Positions 1-9,877 of a DNA stretch of 64,000 nt are shown in pieces. Made by a program: the position numbers and the translations under genes. Source of the stretch: an uncultured delta proteobacterium (lineage in GTDB: Bacteria; Myxococcota; Myxococcia; Myxococcales; Myxococcaceae). Numbering within the stretch: position 1 is the stretch's first letter; each line of letters begins with the position of its first letter. The DNA lies in assembly GCA_963796055.1 (NCBI GenBank), contig CAWCKH010000005.1, forward strand, positions 32,001 to 96,000, given 5' to 3'. Below the pieces are notes generated by a model. The model saw nothing but the letters and a program-made list of their open reading frames with translations, had not been told where the DNA came from and made no database searches.

Positions 1-1
1 C

Positions 2-727
2 GCTGGCGACTTCCGGGTGGCCCAGCTCGCCGCCTGCGCCATCACCGCCGCCGCCTTCACCGGGCTCGCGCCGGGGCGGCTGCCGCTGCTGGCCACGGCC
101 GTGCTCCTCTTCACTCCCCGGATGTTCTTCGTGCTCGAGCAGGGCTGGACCGAGCCCTTCGGCGTGGCCCTGCTGGCCCTGGTCACCCTCGCCGCTACCC
201 GCCGCTCGCGCTGGCTTCCGCTGGCGCTCGGGCTGCTGCTGGCCTGGAAGCAGTACACGGTGCTCTTCCTCCCGCTCGCGGCGCTGCTCGTCCCGCGCCC
301 CTTCCACTGGCGGGCCTACGCCCGGCTGGTCCTCCCGGCCATCGCCGTCGCCGCGGCCATCACCCTGCCCTTCTTTCTCTGGAACCCGGCGGCGTTCTGG
401 AAGAGCGTGGTCCTCGCCCAGTTCGCCCAGCCGTTCCGGATGGAGGCGCTCTCCCTGCCTGCCTGGTGGGTTGTGGAAGAGAGCCACCCCGAGTTCAACG
501 TGCTGCCCTGGATGCTCGCCGGAACGGTCGCGGCGATGGTGGCCGTCCTCGCCCGCGGGCGCCGCGGGCCTGCGGCCTTCGTCACCGGCTCAGCGCTGGT
601 CTACGCGGTCTTCATCGCGCTCTCCAAGCAGTCGTTCTGCAACTACTGGTGGTTCGTGCTCGGATGCATCTGCTGCGCGCTGGCCGCGAGCGGGCAGGAC
701 GCGCCAGCCCCGCCGGAACCCGGCTGA
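2..727 (+). CDS. Polytopic membrane protein, GT-C-like (GT87-like) glycosyltransferase, 5' partial
   Basis: Frame is open from the window edge. Multiple TM segments with EQGWTEP, WKQY, PFFLWNP and FCNYW motifs. Confidence 0.65.
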   Translation, partial: AGDFRVAQLAACAITAAAFTGLAPGRLPLLATAVLLFTPRMFFVLEQGWTEPFGVALLALVTLAATRRSRWLPLALGLLLAWKQYTVLFLPLAALLVPRPFHWRAYARLVLPAIAVAAAITLPFFLWNPAAFWKSVVLAQFAQPFRMEALSLPAWWVVEESHPEFNVLPWMLAGTVAAMVAVLARGRRGPAAFVTGSALVYAVFIALSKQSFCNYWWFVLGCICCALAASGQDAPAPPEPG

Positions 728-736
728 GGGGCCAGC

Positions 737-1582
737 TCAGGGCCTCGGAGTCCAGATCGCCACGTCCTGCGCGTCGTACGAACTCCGGCCGGACCAGGCG
801 CCGCGGTGCAGCGGCTCGGCCCACCCGAGGCCGGCTCCGGCGAGCATCTCGTCGAGCGCCTCGAGGCTGTAGCCCACCGAGCTCTCGGGGTAGGTCAGAT
901 CGTTGATCCACGACCCCGGCCCGTATGGATGCTCGAAGCGAAACGGCCCCCCCGACGCCCGCGACATCGCGAGCGTCTCGTCGTCCAGCACGAACAGCGA
1001 GGCGAACACCTTTCCTCCCTGCTTCAGGATGCGCCTGAACTCGCGGAGGTAGTGCACGACGTCGTGCCGGAACATGTGGGTGAAGACCGACTGGAGGAGG
1101 ATCCGGTCCACCGATGTGTCGGGGACGAAGAGCTGTACCTCCTGCACCTTCAGTCGACCGAGCGGATTGTGGATCGGGCTCAGCACGTCCACGAAGGCGA
1201 ACGTGAAGTTGGGAAATCGGGGCGTGATGTTGCGCTGACACCACTCGATGCTGGGGCGGATGATGTCGACCCCGTGGTAGCGACCTCTGGCCGAAAGGAC
1301 GGAGGTCAGCTGGATCGCGTCGCGTCCGACGCCACACCCCACCTCGACCACCGAGTGTTCCGGCTCGATGGGCGCGTAGCGCGCATACTGATCCATGTGC
1401 ATCCGGGAGATCGGCTCCCAGGTCTCCGGTCCACCGCCCGTCATCCGGACCAGGTCCTCCGGGATCTCCCAGTCACGGTACCGGAACACCGCCGGTGCCG
1501 TCGCCGGCGGTGGGGCCGGGCCTGGGCGCTCGGCGCCTCTGCCCAACACCCCGGACCAGAGGCGGGAGAAAAGCTGTCTCAT
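737..1582 (-). CDS. Class I SAM-dependent methyltransferase
   Basis: VEVGCGVG motif I, GVDI and SVFTHM motifs. ATG at 1582. Confidence 0.85.
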   Translation of the reverse strand: MRQLFSRLWSGVLGRGAERPGPAPPPATAPAVFRYRDWEIPEDLVRMTGGGPETWEPISRMHMDQYARYAPIEPEHSVVEVGCGVGRDAIQLTSVLSARGRYHGVDIIRPSIEWCQRNITPRFPNFTFAFVDVLSPIHNPLGRLKVQEVQLFVPDTSVDRILLQSVFTHMFRHDVVHYLREFRRILKQGGKVFASLFVLDDETLAMSRASGGPFRFEHPYGPGSWINDLTYPESSVGYSLEALDEMLAGAGLGWAEPLHRGAWSGRSSYDAQDVAIWTPRP

Positions 1583-1595
1583 GGCGTCCGTGCGC

Positions 1596-2216
1596 TTATC
1601 GTCCCGGAACGCCCCAGAGGTCCAGCACCGCCCGCTCTCGCTGGAGGACAGTGTCCACCGCCGGGTCGCCCCACCTCGCCCGGACGTCGGACAGGGTCCG
1701 GGCGCGCTCCTGCTGCGCCCGCAGTCGGTCGAGCGTCCGCTGGACGCCGGCACGCTGCTCGGCTGGAAGCTGCTCCTTCGCCGCGTCCAGCGAGCGCAGC
1801 GCCTCCTCCAGATCCGCGCCGCCCGCCCCGGCCCGGGCGAGCGCCACCTCGGCCGTCAGTGACTCCAGGGACCGGACCTCGGCGACCGTGAGTCCGGCGT
1901 CCACCCGCAGCGCCTCCGCTCGCTCGGTGCGCTGGCGCATCACGGCATACGCCTCCTCGAGGCCCCGTGCGCCGCCGTCCGTTGCCTGCGAGAGCCGCCG
2001 CACGTCCCGCGGCGACCGTGGCGCTTCGCCCCGGAGCACGCGCTCGTAGGCGAGGAAGCCGTCGAGCATGGACAGGGTGAGATCCAGGCCCGCGTCGGGC
2101 TGCTGGTGGAGCGACGTGACCGGCCCGGCGTCCATCCGCGTATCCGGCCGTGGTGGCTTCCGGCACGTGGCCGCTGTGAAGATGAGAAACAACGCCAGGG
2201 ACCAGGGTCGGCGCAT
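1596..2216 (-). CDS. Hypothetical exported or lipoprotein, helical
   Basis: MRRPWSLALFLIFTAATC signal-like N-terminus with GGAGG upstream. Confidence 0.6.
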   Translation of the reverse strand: MRRPWSLALFLIFTAATCRKPPRPDTRMDAGPVTSLHQQPDAGLDLTLSMLDGFLAYERVLRGEAPRSPRDVRRLSQATDGGARGLEEAYAVMRQRTERAEALRVDAGLTVAEVRSLESLTAEVALARAGAGGADLEEALRSLDAAKEQLPAEQRAGVQRTLDRLRAQQERARTLSDVRARWGDPAVDTVLQRERAVLDLWGVPGR

Positions 2217-2279
2217 CGACCCTCCTTCTGCCATACCCTTTGACCGTCTCGGGCACGCTCGTGTACGACCCCTGGTGCC

Positions 2280-2774
2280 GTGAAGGTGTATCTGGTGCGC
2301 CACGCCCAGGCCGACTCCGAGGTCCCCGAGGGCCTGGACGACGGTGCGCGCCCGCTCACCGGGAAAGGCCGTCGCGCCGTCGAGAAGCACTTTCGAGGGC
2401 TCCACAAGCAGATGCACGGGGTGGATCTGGTACTGATGAGCCCCCTGGTCCGGGCGGTGCAGACGGCGCAGATCCTGGCGCTGGTCCAGGATCTCGACGT
2501 TCCCCTCCGGGTGCACAAGAGCCTCCTGCCGGACATGCCTACCGGGAGCCAGGAAGGACTGATGAAGCAGCACAAGGACGAGAACCTGGTGCTGGTGGGC
2601 CACAACCCGTCCATCCCGGCCATCGCCGCCCACCTCATGCAGCTGAGCCAGTTTCCGCGGTCGGTGCCGCCGGGCTCGGTCATCGCCCTCGAGCTGGAGA
2701 AGCACCACGACCCGGCCCGCCTTCTCTTCTTCGCCGCTCCGGGCGAGGACGTGCTCGAGGAGCTGAAGCCATGA
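2280..2774 (+). CDS. sixA: SixA-type phosphohistidine phosphatase
   Basis: RHA, SPLVRAVQTA and LVGHNP motifs. Confidence 0.85.
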   Translation: MKVYLVRHAQADSEVPEGLDDGARPLTGKGRRAVEKHFRGLHKQMHGVDLVLMSPLVRAVQTAQILALVQDLDVPLRVHKSLLPDMPTGSQEGLMKQHKDENLVLVGHNPSIPAIAAHLMQLSQFPRSVPPGSVIALELEKHHDPARLLFFAAPGEDVLEELKP

Positions 2775-3097
2775 TGGACGAGGCCCGCTACAACGGGCTC
2801 ATCGCCGGGCTCTGGAAGCGCATCCTCGCTGCGGTGGACCAGGTGGACCCCGACCTGCTCGACGCGGTGGCGACTCCGGACATGGTGACGCTCACCTCGG
2901 CCTCCGGCGAGAAGGTGGTCATCAACACCCAGCGCGCGGTGCGGCAGATCTGGGTCGCGGGGAAGGGGCTGGGCATCCACTTCTCGCTGGCCGAGGATGG
3001 CCAGTGGATGGACGACAAGGGCAAGCGCATCGAGCTGCTCGCCTGGATCTCGGAGTGCGTCGAGGCGCTCACCGGAGAGCCCCTCCGCGACGGATGA
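2771..3097 (+). CDS. cyaY: Iron donor protein CyaY (frataxin family)
   Basis: VVINTQRAVRQIWVA...GIHF motif. ATGA overlap with sixA. Confidence 0.85.
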   Translation: MMDEARYNGLIAGLWKRILAAVDQVDPDLLDAVATPDMVTLTSASGEKVVINTQRAVRQIWVAGKGLGIHFSLAEDGQWMDDKGKRIELLAWISECVEALTGEPLRDG

Positions 3098-4467
3098 GAG
3101 ACTCCTCGGAGAACGCCGGTCGAGCGCTCTCCCGCACGGACGTCGGCAGGCGTTCGTTCCTGACGATCGCATTCTTCCTCCCCGCGGCACTGGTCGCGAA
3201 TTTCGTCTGGCGCTTCGGGGTGGACGTCCCGTACTGGGACCAGTGGGAGCTGGTGCCCCCTCTGCAGGATCTGCTGGGGGGACGGCTGACCTGGGCTGAG
3301 CTCTTCGCCCAGCACAACGAGCACCGGATCCTCTTTCCCAGATTGCTGATGCTGGGCCTGGCGCGGCTCACCCGCTGGGACATCCGGACGGAGATGTGGG
3401 CCAGCGTGGTGTTGCTCGGTGCAATCGCGCTGACCCTGGCCAGAGAAGCCCGTCGAGCGCTCGGGCCAGCCTCGCCGTGGCTCCTCGTCCCGTTGCCCTG
3501 GCTGATCTTCAGCCTCCGACAGAGCGAGAATCTCCTCTGGGGCTGGCAGCTTCAAGTGCCCATGGCAGCCCTCGGGGTGGTGGTCGCACTCGCCGCCCTC
3601 GAGCGCGGCGGCGGCCGGTGGCTGTGGGTGGGGATCCTCGGCGGGGTGCTGGCAAGCTTCTCGTTCGCGGCCGGCCTCGGGGTGTGGCCCGCTGGGCTAA
3701 TCGTGCTCCTGGCGGAGACGGGGGGCGGCTCGCGCCGTCTGCGTTCGGCGAGCGTGTGGGCCGGTGCGGCTGCCCTGGTGCTCGTTGCCTATTTTCGGGG
3801 ATGGTCGAGGCCAGCGGGCCATCCGAGCGCCGGATTCGTGTGGGAGCACCTCGGCCTCGGAACGCATTTCCTGGTGGCCATGGCTGGCGCCGGGCTTGCT
3901 AAGGGCTCCGACGCCCGCGGGGCGAGCACGGTCGGAGCCGTGCTCCTGCTCCTGCTCGCAGTCAGCCTGGCCTGCGTCGCACGTCGCCCCGCGCGTCTGG
4001 AACGGGCGCGTTTCGGCCTCGGCCTGCTGCTCTTCACCGGAGCGTTCCTCGTGATGGCGACCCTCGGCCGGGCGGGGTTCGAGGCCGGAAGGACCGGCCT
4101 GCAGTTCGCTCTCACCTCTCGTTATGTGACGTTCTCCGTCCTCGGCATCTGGGGGCTCTACCGCGTCGCCATCTCGTTCGACGACCCTCGTCTGCGGGGC
4201 GTGCTCGGGGCCGCCCTCCTCTGCCTGGTTGCGCTGGGGACCGTTCGTGCGCTTCCAGGAGAGTTCCGGGTCGGCGCCGCCCTCCGGCGCGAACGGAAGG
4301 AGATGCAGAGGACGCTGCGCGCGTACACCTCTGCATCCGCGCCGGACCTCGCCCGCCTGTATCCCCAGCCCGAGGTGGTCCGCGACCGGGCGCCGGTGCT
4401 CGAGCAGCTCGGGCTCAGCGTCTTCCGCTCTCCCGCCGCCCCTTCAGACCACCGAGCCGGTCGGTGA
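3094..4467 (+). CDS. Polytopic membrane protein, putative GT-C glycosyltransferase
   Basis: N-terminal TM, then acidic loop PYWDQW...QHNEHR, many TMs and a late SRY motif. ATGA overlap with cyaY. Confidence 0.65.
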   Translation: MRDSSENAGRALSRTDVGRRSFLTIAFFLPAALVANFVWRFGVDVPYWDQWELVPPLQDLLGGRLTWAELFAQHNEHRILFPRLLMLGLARLTRWDIRTEMWASVVLLGAIALTLAREARRALGPASPWLLVPLPWLIFSLRQSENLLWGWQLQVPMAALGVVVALAALERGGGRWLWVGILGGVLASFSFAAGLGVWPAGLIVLLAETGGGSRRLRSASVWAGAAALVLVAYFRGWSRPAGHPSAGFVWEHLGLGTHFLVAMAGAGLAKGSDARGASTVGAVLLLLLAVSLACVARRPARLERARFGLGLLLFTGAFLVMATLGRAGFEAGRTGLQFALTSRYVTFSVLGIWGLYRVAISFDDPRLRGVLGAALLCLVALGTVRALPGEFRVGAALRRERKEMQRTLRAYTSASAPDLARLYPQPEVVRDRAPVLEQLGLSVFRSPAAPSDHRAGR

Positions 4468-5181
4468 GCGCGGACGCAGCGCCGTCAGGTACCAGCGCAG
4501 GTACCGGGGCAGCCACTTGCCGAGCCGGAACCGGCTAGTCCCCGCGGTGCGTTCCTGCCACACCGTGGGCAGCTCGACGATCCGTCGCCCCTGGAGGTGG
4601 GCCTTCACCGTCAGCTCCAGCGCCACCTCGAACCCCCCGGTGCTCTCGATGCTCACCGTGCGCAAGAAGTCGGTGGAGTACAGCTTGTAGTTGTTGGTCG
4701 GGTCCGCCGTGGGCAGCCGGGCCAGCAGCTTGAGGCTCAGCCCCGCCAGCCGCGAGAGCGTGCTCTTCACCAGAGGCGCGCCATGCTGCGCCCCACCCCG
4801 CATGTAGCGGCTGGCGGACACCACGTCGGCTCCGCCCCGGGCCAGATCCACCATCCGATCGATCTGGGAATGGTCGTCCGAGCCGTCGGCCATGGTCACC
4901 ACCACCCAGCCGTGGCTGGGACGCGCCAGCCCGGTCTTGAGCGCTCCCAGCACGCCCTTCCCCGTGTTCAGCACCAGCTCCACCCGAGCGTCCTTCGCCT
5001 GAATGGCCCGGGCCACCGGCAAGGTGGTGTCCTCCTCGCGGTCGTAGACCACCAGGAGACGCCACGGTGTCCGCACCTTGGCGACGATGCTCTCGTAGAA
5101 GCGGGGGAAGTTTTCTGCCTCGTTGTAGACCGGGACGACCAGCGCCAGGTCCGGCTCGCCGGACGCGGGCGCAGCCGTCAG
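4444..5181 (-). CDS. GT2 glycosyltransferase (DPM1-like polyprenol-phosphate sugar synthase); start uncertain (CTG 5181 or GTG 5214)
   Basis: VVPVYNE, MADGS and SASRY motifs. Confidence 0.85.
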   Translation of the reverse strand: MTAAPASGEPDLALVVPVYNEAENFPRFYESIVAKVRTPWRLLVVYDREEDTTLPVARAIQAKDARVELVLNTGKGVLGALKTGLARPSHGWVVVTMADGSDDHSQIDRMVDLARGGADVVSASRYMRGGAQHGAPLVKSTLSRLAGLSLKLLARLPTADPTNNYKLYSTDFLRTVSIESTGGFEVALELTVKAHLQGRRIVELPTVWQERTAGTSRFRLGKWLPRYLRWYLTALRPRSPTGSVV

Positions 5182-6197
5182 ATGTTTCCCAGCGCTACTT
5201 GATGGCTCACCCACGGGACGACCTCGTCGAGCATCGTGTCCAGCGAGGTGGTGCACTCGAAGCCCAGCACCCGCCTGGCCTTGGACACGTCCGGGACACG
5301 CCGCTGCACGTCGTACTTGAAGGGCTCGTCCGAGCGGTAGCGGAAGGGAACCCCTGGCTTCAGCTTGCCCCAGATCGCCTGGGCCAGCTCCAGCACCGTG
5401 GTGCTGGTGGCGGTGGAGATGTTGAAGTCCTCGTTCAGCGCCGCCGGGTGCTCCATGCACACCCGGATGCCCTTGGCCAGGTCTCCGCCGTAGGTGTAGT
5501 GGCGCACCTGGCTCCCGTTCCCGAGGATGTGCAAGGGGTCCTGGCCCTTCACCACCTTCTGCACCAGGTCCGGGACCACGTGGCTCATGGCCAGCTTCAC
5601 GTTCCCGCTCATCACCTCGCGGTCGTTCTTTGCCCGGCCCTCGCCGATGCCCACGCAGTTGAAGGGACGGACGATGGTGTAGGGGAGCCGGTACTGTTCG
5701 TGGGCGCCCTTGGCGAAGTACTCGCAGGCCAGCTTCTGGAATCCGTAGGTCGACAGCGGCGGTGGACTGCAGAGCTGCTCCCCCTCCGGGGTGGGGAAGA
5801 GGGTGGTGCTCTCGTAGACCATGGAGCTGCTGAGCACGGTGATCTTCTTCAGCTTCCGCTCGCGTTGGGCCCAGATCGCCGCATCGAAGGTGGAGGCGAC
5901 GATGCGCTCGTTCTCGGCGATCAGGTCGTAAGCAAGCTCGTGGAAATAGCTGATCCCGCCGATGATCGCTGCGCCCGCGACCAGATGATCGCAGTCGCCA
6001 AGGAGCTCCTTGAGCAACGCCACATCCTTCGCATCGCCGGTGACCGCACGGTAGCGGGGGTGGCGGTCATAGCTCTTCTCCACCCGTCCGTACTTGGAGA
6101 GGTTGTCGAGGCCGATGACCTCGTGGCCGTTCTGGAGCAGCTCCTCCACCAGATAGCCGGCGATGAACCCGGCGGCGCCGGTGACCAGGACCTTCAA
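5178..6197 (-). CDS. NAD-dependent nucleotide-sugar epimerase/dehydratase (extended SDR)
   Basis: TGAAGFIA Rossmann motif, SSS and YGFQK. TTG start overlaps the upstream TGA. Confidence 0.9.
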   Translation of the reverse strand: MKVLVTGAAGFIAGYLVEELLQNGHEVIGLDNLSKYGRVEKSYDRHPRYRAVTGDAKDVALLKELLGDCDHLVAGAAIIGGISYFHELAYDLIAENERIVASTFDAAIWAQRERKLKKITVLSSSMVYESTTLFPTPEGEQLCSPPPLSTYGFQKLACEYFAKGAHEQYRLPYTIVRPFNCVGIGEGRAKNDREVMSGNVKLAMSHVVPDLVQKVVKGQDPLHILGNGSQVRHYTYGGDLAKGIRVCMEHPAALNEDFNISTATSTTVLELAQAIWGKLKPGVPFRYRSDEPFKYDVQRRVPDVSKARRVLGFECTTSLDTMLDEVVPWVSHQVALGNI

Positions 6198-7378
6198 ACG
6201 GTGCTCCCTTTCCCAAGATGGTTCCACACGTCGACCACCGGCTTCCCCAGCGTGTCGAGCGCCCGGTAGCGGCGGTGCGGCGCGCCGATCACCAGGATAT
6301 CCGCCGCCCGGACCACCTCCTCCAGCGGTCGCAGGTCGGTGTCCGCGACATAGGGGTCGGTGGTCAGGACCTCCTGGCAATGCAGCGAGAGGATCTTCTT
6401 CAGCTTGTAGGAGAGCGACTCGCGGGTGTCGTCGCTCTCCGCCTTGAAGGCCATCCCCAGCAGTCCGACCTTCCGCGAGCGGAGATCCGGCCAGCGGCGC
6501 AGCATCCGGTTGACGACGAACTGCGGCAGGCCCTCGTTCACCAGCATCGCCGCGTGCCCGAGGAAGAACTGGTTGTTGTTGAAGGCGGACATCTGCATCG
6601 TGTCCTTGAACAGACACGGGCCCGCCGCGAACCCGGGCGCGGGCATGTTCGCCGCCCGCGGATAGTTGAACTTCATCGCGTGGAGGATCCGGTGGAAGTC
6701 GATGTTCCACTCGGAGGACAGCATGTAGAACTGGTTGGCCACCGCGAAGGTGATGTAACGGTAGACGTTGTTGCAGAGCTTGGTGATCTCCGCCTCCAGC
6801 GGGGTCAGCTCCAGGAGATCCACCCCCAGCGGCTCGAACACCGCGCGCGCTGCGGCAACCCCGGCGGGCGAGAAGCCGGAGATGATCTGCGGCAGCTTCC
6901 GGATCTCCTCCAGCGCCACCCCCTCCGCCACCCGTTCGGGGCAGAAGGCGACGTCGACCTTGCGGCCGCGGAGATGGAGCTCGCGCTGCACGCGCTCCGA
7001 GGTACCAGGGTACACCGTTGAGCGGAGCACCAGGGTCTGCCCGTCCCGCATGTACTCGGACAGCTGGTTCAGCAACTGATCGAACACGCTGAACGATGGG
7101 TTGAGGTGCTCGTCGACCGGCGTGCCGATGACCACCACCAGGACCTCGGCACCCTCCAGCGAGGTCGGACTGTCGCTGACCACCAGCCCACGCTCGAGCG
7201 CGTCCTTGAGCCCCTCTTCGGCCCCGGCGTCGCGGAACGGCATCTCTCCCCGGCGCACTCGCGCCACCGCCGCGCTGTCGATGTCGAAGATCCGGACCTG
7301 GTGGTGGGAGGCGAGCGCGATGGCGAGCGGGAGCCCGACGTGCCCGCACCCGCCCACGACGGTGATGGTCTTCCCCAT
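6194..7378 (-). CDS. Nucleotide-sugar 6-dehydrogenase (UDP-Glc/UDP-ManNAc family)
   Basis: GCGHVGLP, RSTVYPG, CPERV, catalytic GPCL and FKAESDD motifs. Confidence 0.92.
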   Translation of the reverse strand: MGKTITVVGGCGHVGLPLAIALASHHQVRIFDIDSAAVARVRRGEMPFRDAGAEEGLKDALERGLVVSDSPTSLEGAEVLVVVIGTPVDEHLNPSFSVFDQLLNQLSEYMRDGQTLVLRSTVYPGTSERVQRELHLRGRKVDVAFCPERVAEGVALEEIRKLPQIISGFSPAGVAAARAVFEPLGVDLLELTPLEAEITKLCNNVYRYITFAVANQFYMLSSEWNIDFHRILHAMKFNYPRAANMPAPGFAAGPCLFKDTMQMSAFNNNQFFLGHAAMLVNEGLPQFVVNRMLRRWPDLRSRKVGLLGMAFKAESDDTRESLSYKLKKILSLHCQEVLTTDPYVADTDLRPLEEVVRAADILVIGAPHRRYRALDTLGKPVVDVWNHLGKGSTV

Positions 7379-7445
7379 GAGAGCCTCGCCCCCCGTTCGA
7401 GAGCCGCGCACCGTAAATGCTGGGTGACGGACAGTCAACGCACCG

Positions 7446-8429
7446 TCACGCCAGCGTGATCCGGTTCCGCCGCGGGCGGGCAGGAGTGCCGGGTGCGAGC
7501 AACGTCCGCCCTCCGCCCTCGGACCGCGCCAAGGCCAGGGCATCCGTCGCGTCCCGGAACAGCTTGCCGAAGCTCAGCTCCCCCCCTCCCTCGATGGGCA
7601 CGTGCGATGCGACCCCGGCCGACGCCGTGAGGTACGTCCGCTGGAGACCGGTGAGCTTCTCCCGCAGCCGCTCCGCCACCACCATCGCTCCCTCGGCCGG
7701 GGTATGGGGCAGGAACACCACCCAGCTGCCAGGGTGGAAGGCCGAGACCAGGTCCGTGTCCCGCAGGTGCTTGGCGAGCACGCCCTTGGCCCCCGCCAGG
7801 AGCGCCCGCACGTCGGTCGTCTCCAGCTCCGGCATCCGCGAAGCGAAGGCGTCGTAGGCCACGACGATGAAGGCCACCGGGTAACGGTACCGTCGCGAGC
7901 GCTTGACCTCGCGGGCCAGCAGCGACCGGAAGGCCCCGAAGTCCGCCGCCTGCGTGGGGCCCCCGCTCGGCTCCGGCATCGGCACCGGGTCGTCTTCCAG
8001 CTTCAGTCCGAACCCCTCGTCGCCCTCGGGCAGCTCGGGCGCACGCCGGACCAGCCGCGCCTTTCCGCGAAGCTCGGCCAAGGCGAGCACGTTGCGCACG
8101 CAGGAGAGCACCGTCCCCTGCTTCAACGGCCCCTGCAGACACGCCTCCGCCCCTGCCCGGTGCGACCGGCCATCCGGATCCCCCTCCTCGGGTGCGTAGA
8201 CCAGGATGACCGGAAAGTCCGGGTCACGGGCCTTCAACGCCGCGCAGACCGCCTCGGCGTCGAATCGGTCGGACTCGGAGGCAATGAGGAGGTCTGCCCC
8301 GAAGCTGGTGACAGCCTCGAGGGTCTCGTCCTCGTCCCTCGCGGCACGGACCTCGTACTTGCCCTCCAGGAATCCCCGGAGGGCGCCGGCCACGGCGGGG
8401 CTCGCATCGGCAACGACGATCCGGCTCAG
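7446..8429 (-). CDS. Receiver plus degenerate GGDEF protein; probable CTG start (first canonical start is GTG 8393)
   Basis: REC-like N-terminus IVVAD. GGDEF fold with RDTD I-site but HPGSW at the active site. Confidence 0.8.
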   Translation of the reverse strand: MSRIVVADASPAVAGALRGFLEGKYEVRAARDEDETLEAVTSFGADLLIASESDRFDAEAVCAALKARDPDFPVILVYAPEEGDPDGRSHRAGAEACLQGPLKQGTVLSCVRNVLALAELRGKARLVRRAPELPEGDEGFGLKLEDDPVPMPEPSGGPTQAADFGAFRSLLAREVKRSRRYRYPVAFIVVAYDAFASRMPELETTDVRALLAGAKGVLAKHLRDTDLVSAFHPGSWVVFLPHTPAEGAMVVAERLREKLTGLQRTYLTASAGVASHVPIEGGGELSFGKLFRDATDALALARSEGGGRTLLAPGTPARPRRNRITLA

Positions 8430-8989
8430 ACCTCCATCACCTCTTTCTCTTTCTTGGCGACGATCTGGTCCACCTGGGTCACCCCGCCGTCGGTCTCCTT
8501 CTGGACCCGCTCGCCGGCGCGCTTGTTCTCGTCCTCGGTGATCTTCTTGTCCTTGAGCAAAGCCTTGAGGCGCTCGTTCGCGTCCCGGCGCTCGTTGCGG
8601 ATGGCGACCTTGTGCTCCTCGCCCTTGGTCTTCACCTGCTTGGCGATCTCCTTGCGCCGCTCCTCGGTGAGCGCCGGAATGGGGAGGCGGATGAGCTCGC
8701 CGTCGTTCATCGGGGTGAGGCCCAGGTTGGCCTCGCGGAGCGCCTTCTCCACGTCCTTCAGCAGCCCCTTCTCCCAGGGCTTCACGGTGATCAGCCGGGG
8801 CTCGGGAACTGCCAGGCTGGCCACCCCGGCCAGCGGGGTGGGCGTGCCGTAGTAGTTGACCCGCACGCCCTCCAGCAGACTCAGCGAGGCCCGGCCGGTG
8901 CGAATCTTCGCCAGCTCGCGCTTGAGGTCCTCCAGCGCCCGGTCGATGCGCCCTTTCAGGTCCTTCACCACGTCGTCCGTCACCGCCAT
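8426..8989 (-). CDS. frr: Ribosome recycling factor
   Basis: IRTGRA, YYGTPTPL, LTEERR and IRNERR motifs; follows pyrH. Confidence 0.98.
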   Translation of the reverse strand: MAVTDDVVKDLKGRIDRALEDLKRELAKIRTGRASLSLLEGVRVNYYGTPTPLAGVASLAVPEPRLITVKPWEKGLLKDVEKALREANLGLTPMNDGELIRLPIPALTEERRKEIAKQVKTKGEEHKVAIRNERRDANERLKALLKDKKITEDENKRAGERVQKETDGGVTQVDQIVAKKEKEVMEV

Positions 8990-9013
8990 GTGCTGCCCTC
9001 CTGCGAGGCGTCC

Positions 9014-9760
9014 TTACGCCCAGCTCGTCTCCGCCGCCCCCACCAGGGTGCCGAGCTCACCGGAACCGGTGACCGCCCGCCGGATGTTCCCGTGCGCGGT
9101 GAGGTCGAAGACGACGATGGGAAGCTCGTTGTCCATGCAGAGCGAGATGGCCGTCGAGTCCATCACGTGCAGGTTCTGCCGGAGCACGTCCATGTACGTC
9201 AGTGTCCGGTACCGGCGCGCCGAGGGATTCTTCTTCGGGTCCGAGTCGTAAACCCCGTCCACCTTGGTGGCCTTGAAGATGACCTCGGCGCCGATCTCCA
9301 TCGCCCGGAGCGAGGCCGCGGTGTCGGTGGTGAAGAAGGGGTTCCCGGTTCCGGCGGCGAAGATGACCACCCGCCCCTTCTCGAGGTGCCGCACCGCGCG
9401 CCGGCGGATGTAGGGCTCGGCGATCTGCTCCATCTTGATCGCCGACTGAACGCGGGTGAAGACGCCGTGCTTCTCCAGCGCATCCTGCAGCGCCATGGCG
9501 TTGATCACCGTGGCCAGCATCCCCATGTAGTCGGCGTTGGCTCGGTCCATCCCCGCGGTGGAGGCGGAGACCCCGCGGAAGATGTTCCCCCCGCCGATGA
9601 CCACCGCGATCTGCACGCCCGCCTTCACCACCTCGCCGATCTCGGTGGCGATGCGCTCCAGGGTCGGAGGGTGGATTCCGTACTTCGCTTCCCCCATCAG
9701 GGCCTCGCCCGACAGCTTGAGGAGAATTCGGCGGTACCGGAGAGAGGGGGGCGCGGTCAC
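9014..9760 (-). CDS. pyrH: UMP kinase
   Basis: [17 protein letters not shown] and GNPFFTTD motifs. Confidence 0.98.
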   Translation of the reverse strand: MTAPPSLRYRRILLKLSGEALMGEAKYGIHPPTLERIATEIGEVVKAGVQIAVVIGGGNIFRGVSASTAGMDRANADYMGMLATVINAMALQDALEKHGVFTRVQSAIKMEQIAEPYIRRRAVRHLEKGRVVIFAAGTGNPFFTTDTAASLRAMEIGAEVIFKATKVDGVYDSDPKKNPSARRYRTLTYMDVLRQNLHVMDSTAISLCMDNELPIVVFDLTAHGNIRRAVTGSGELGTLVGAAETSWA

Positions 9761-9877
9761 GTTCCATCGCTTCTACCCCGCGCCCGGCAGGGGCGGCAAC
9801 GAACGGCGCACGTCTCGCCGGGCGAGGTTGCAGCGGACTCTCCCCCCCGGCGATCCTCCGGCGCCGGGGGAGGGACG

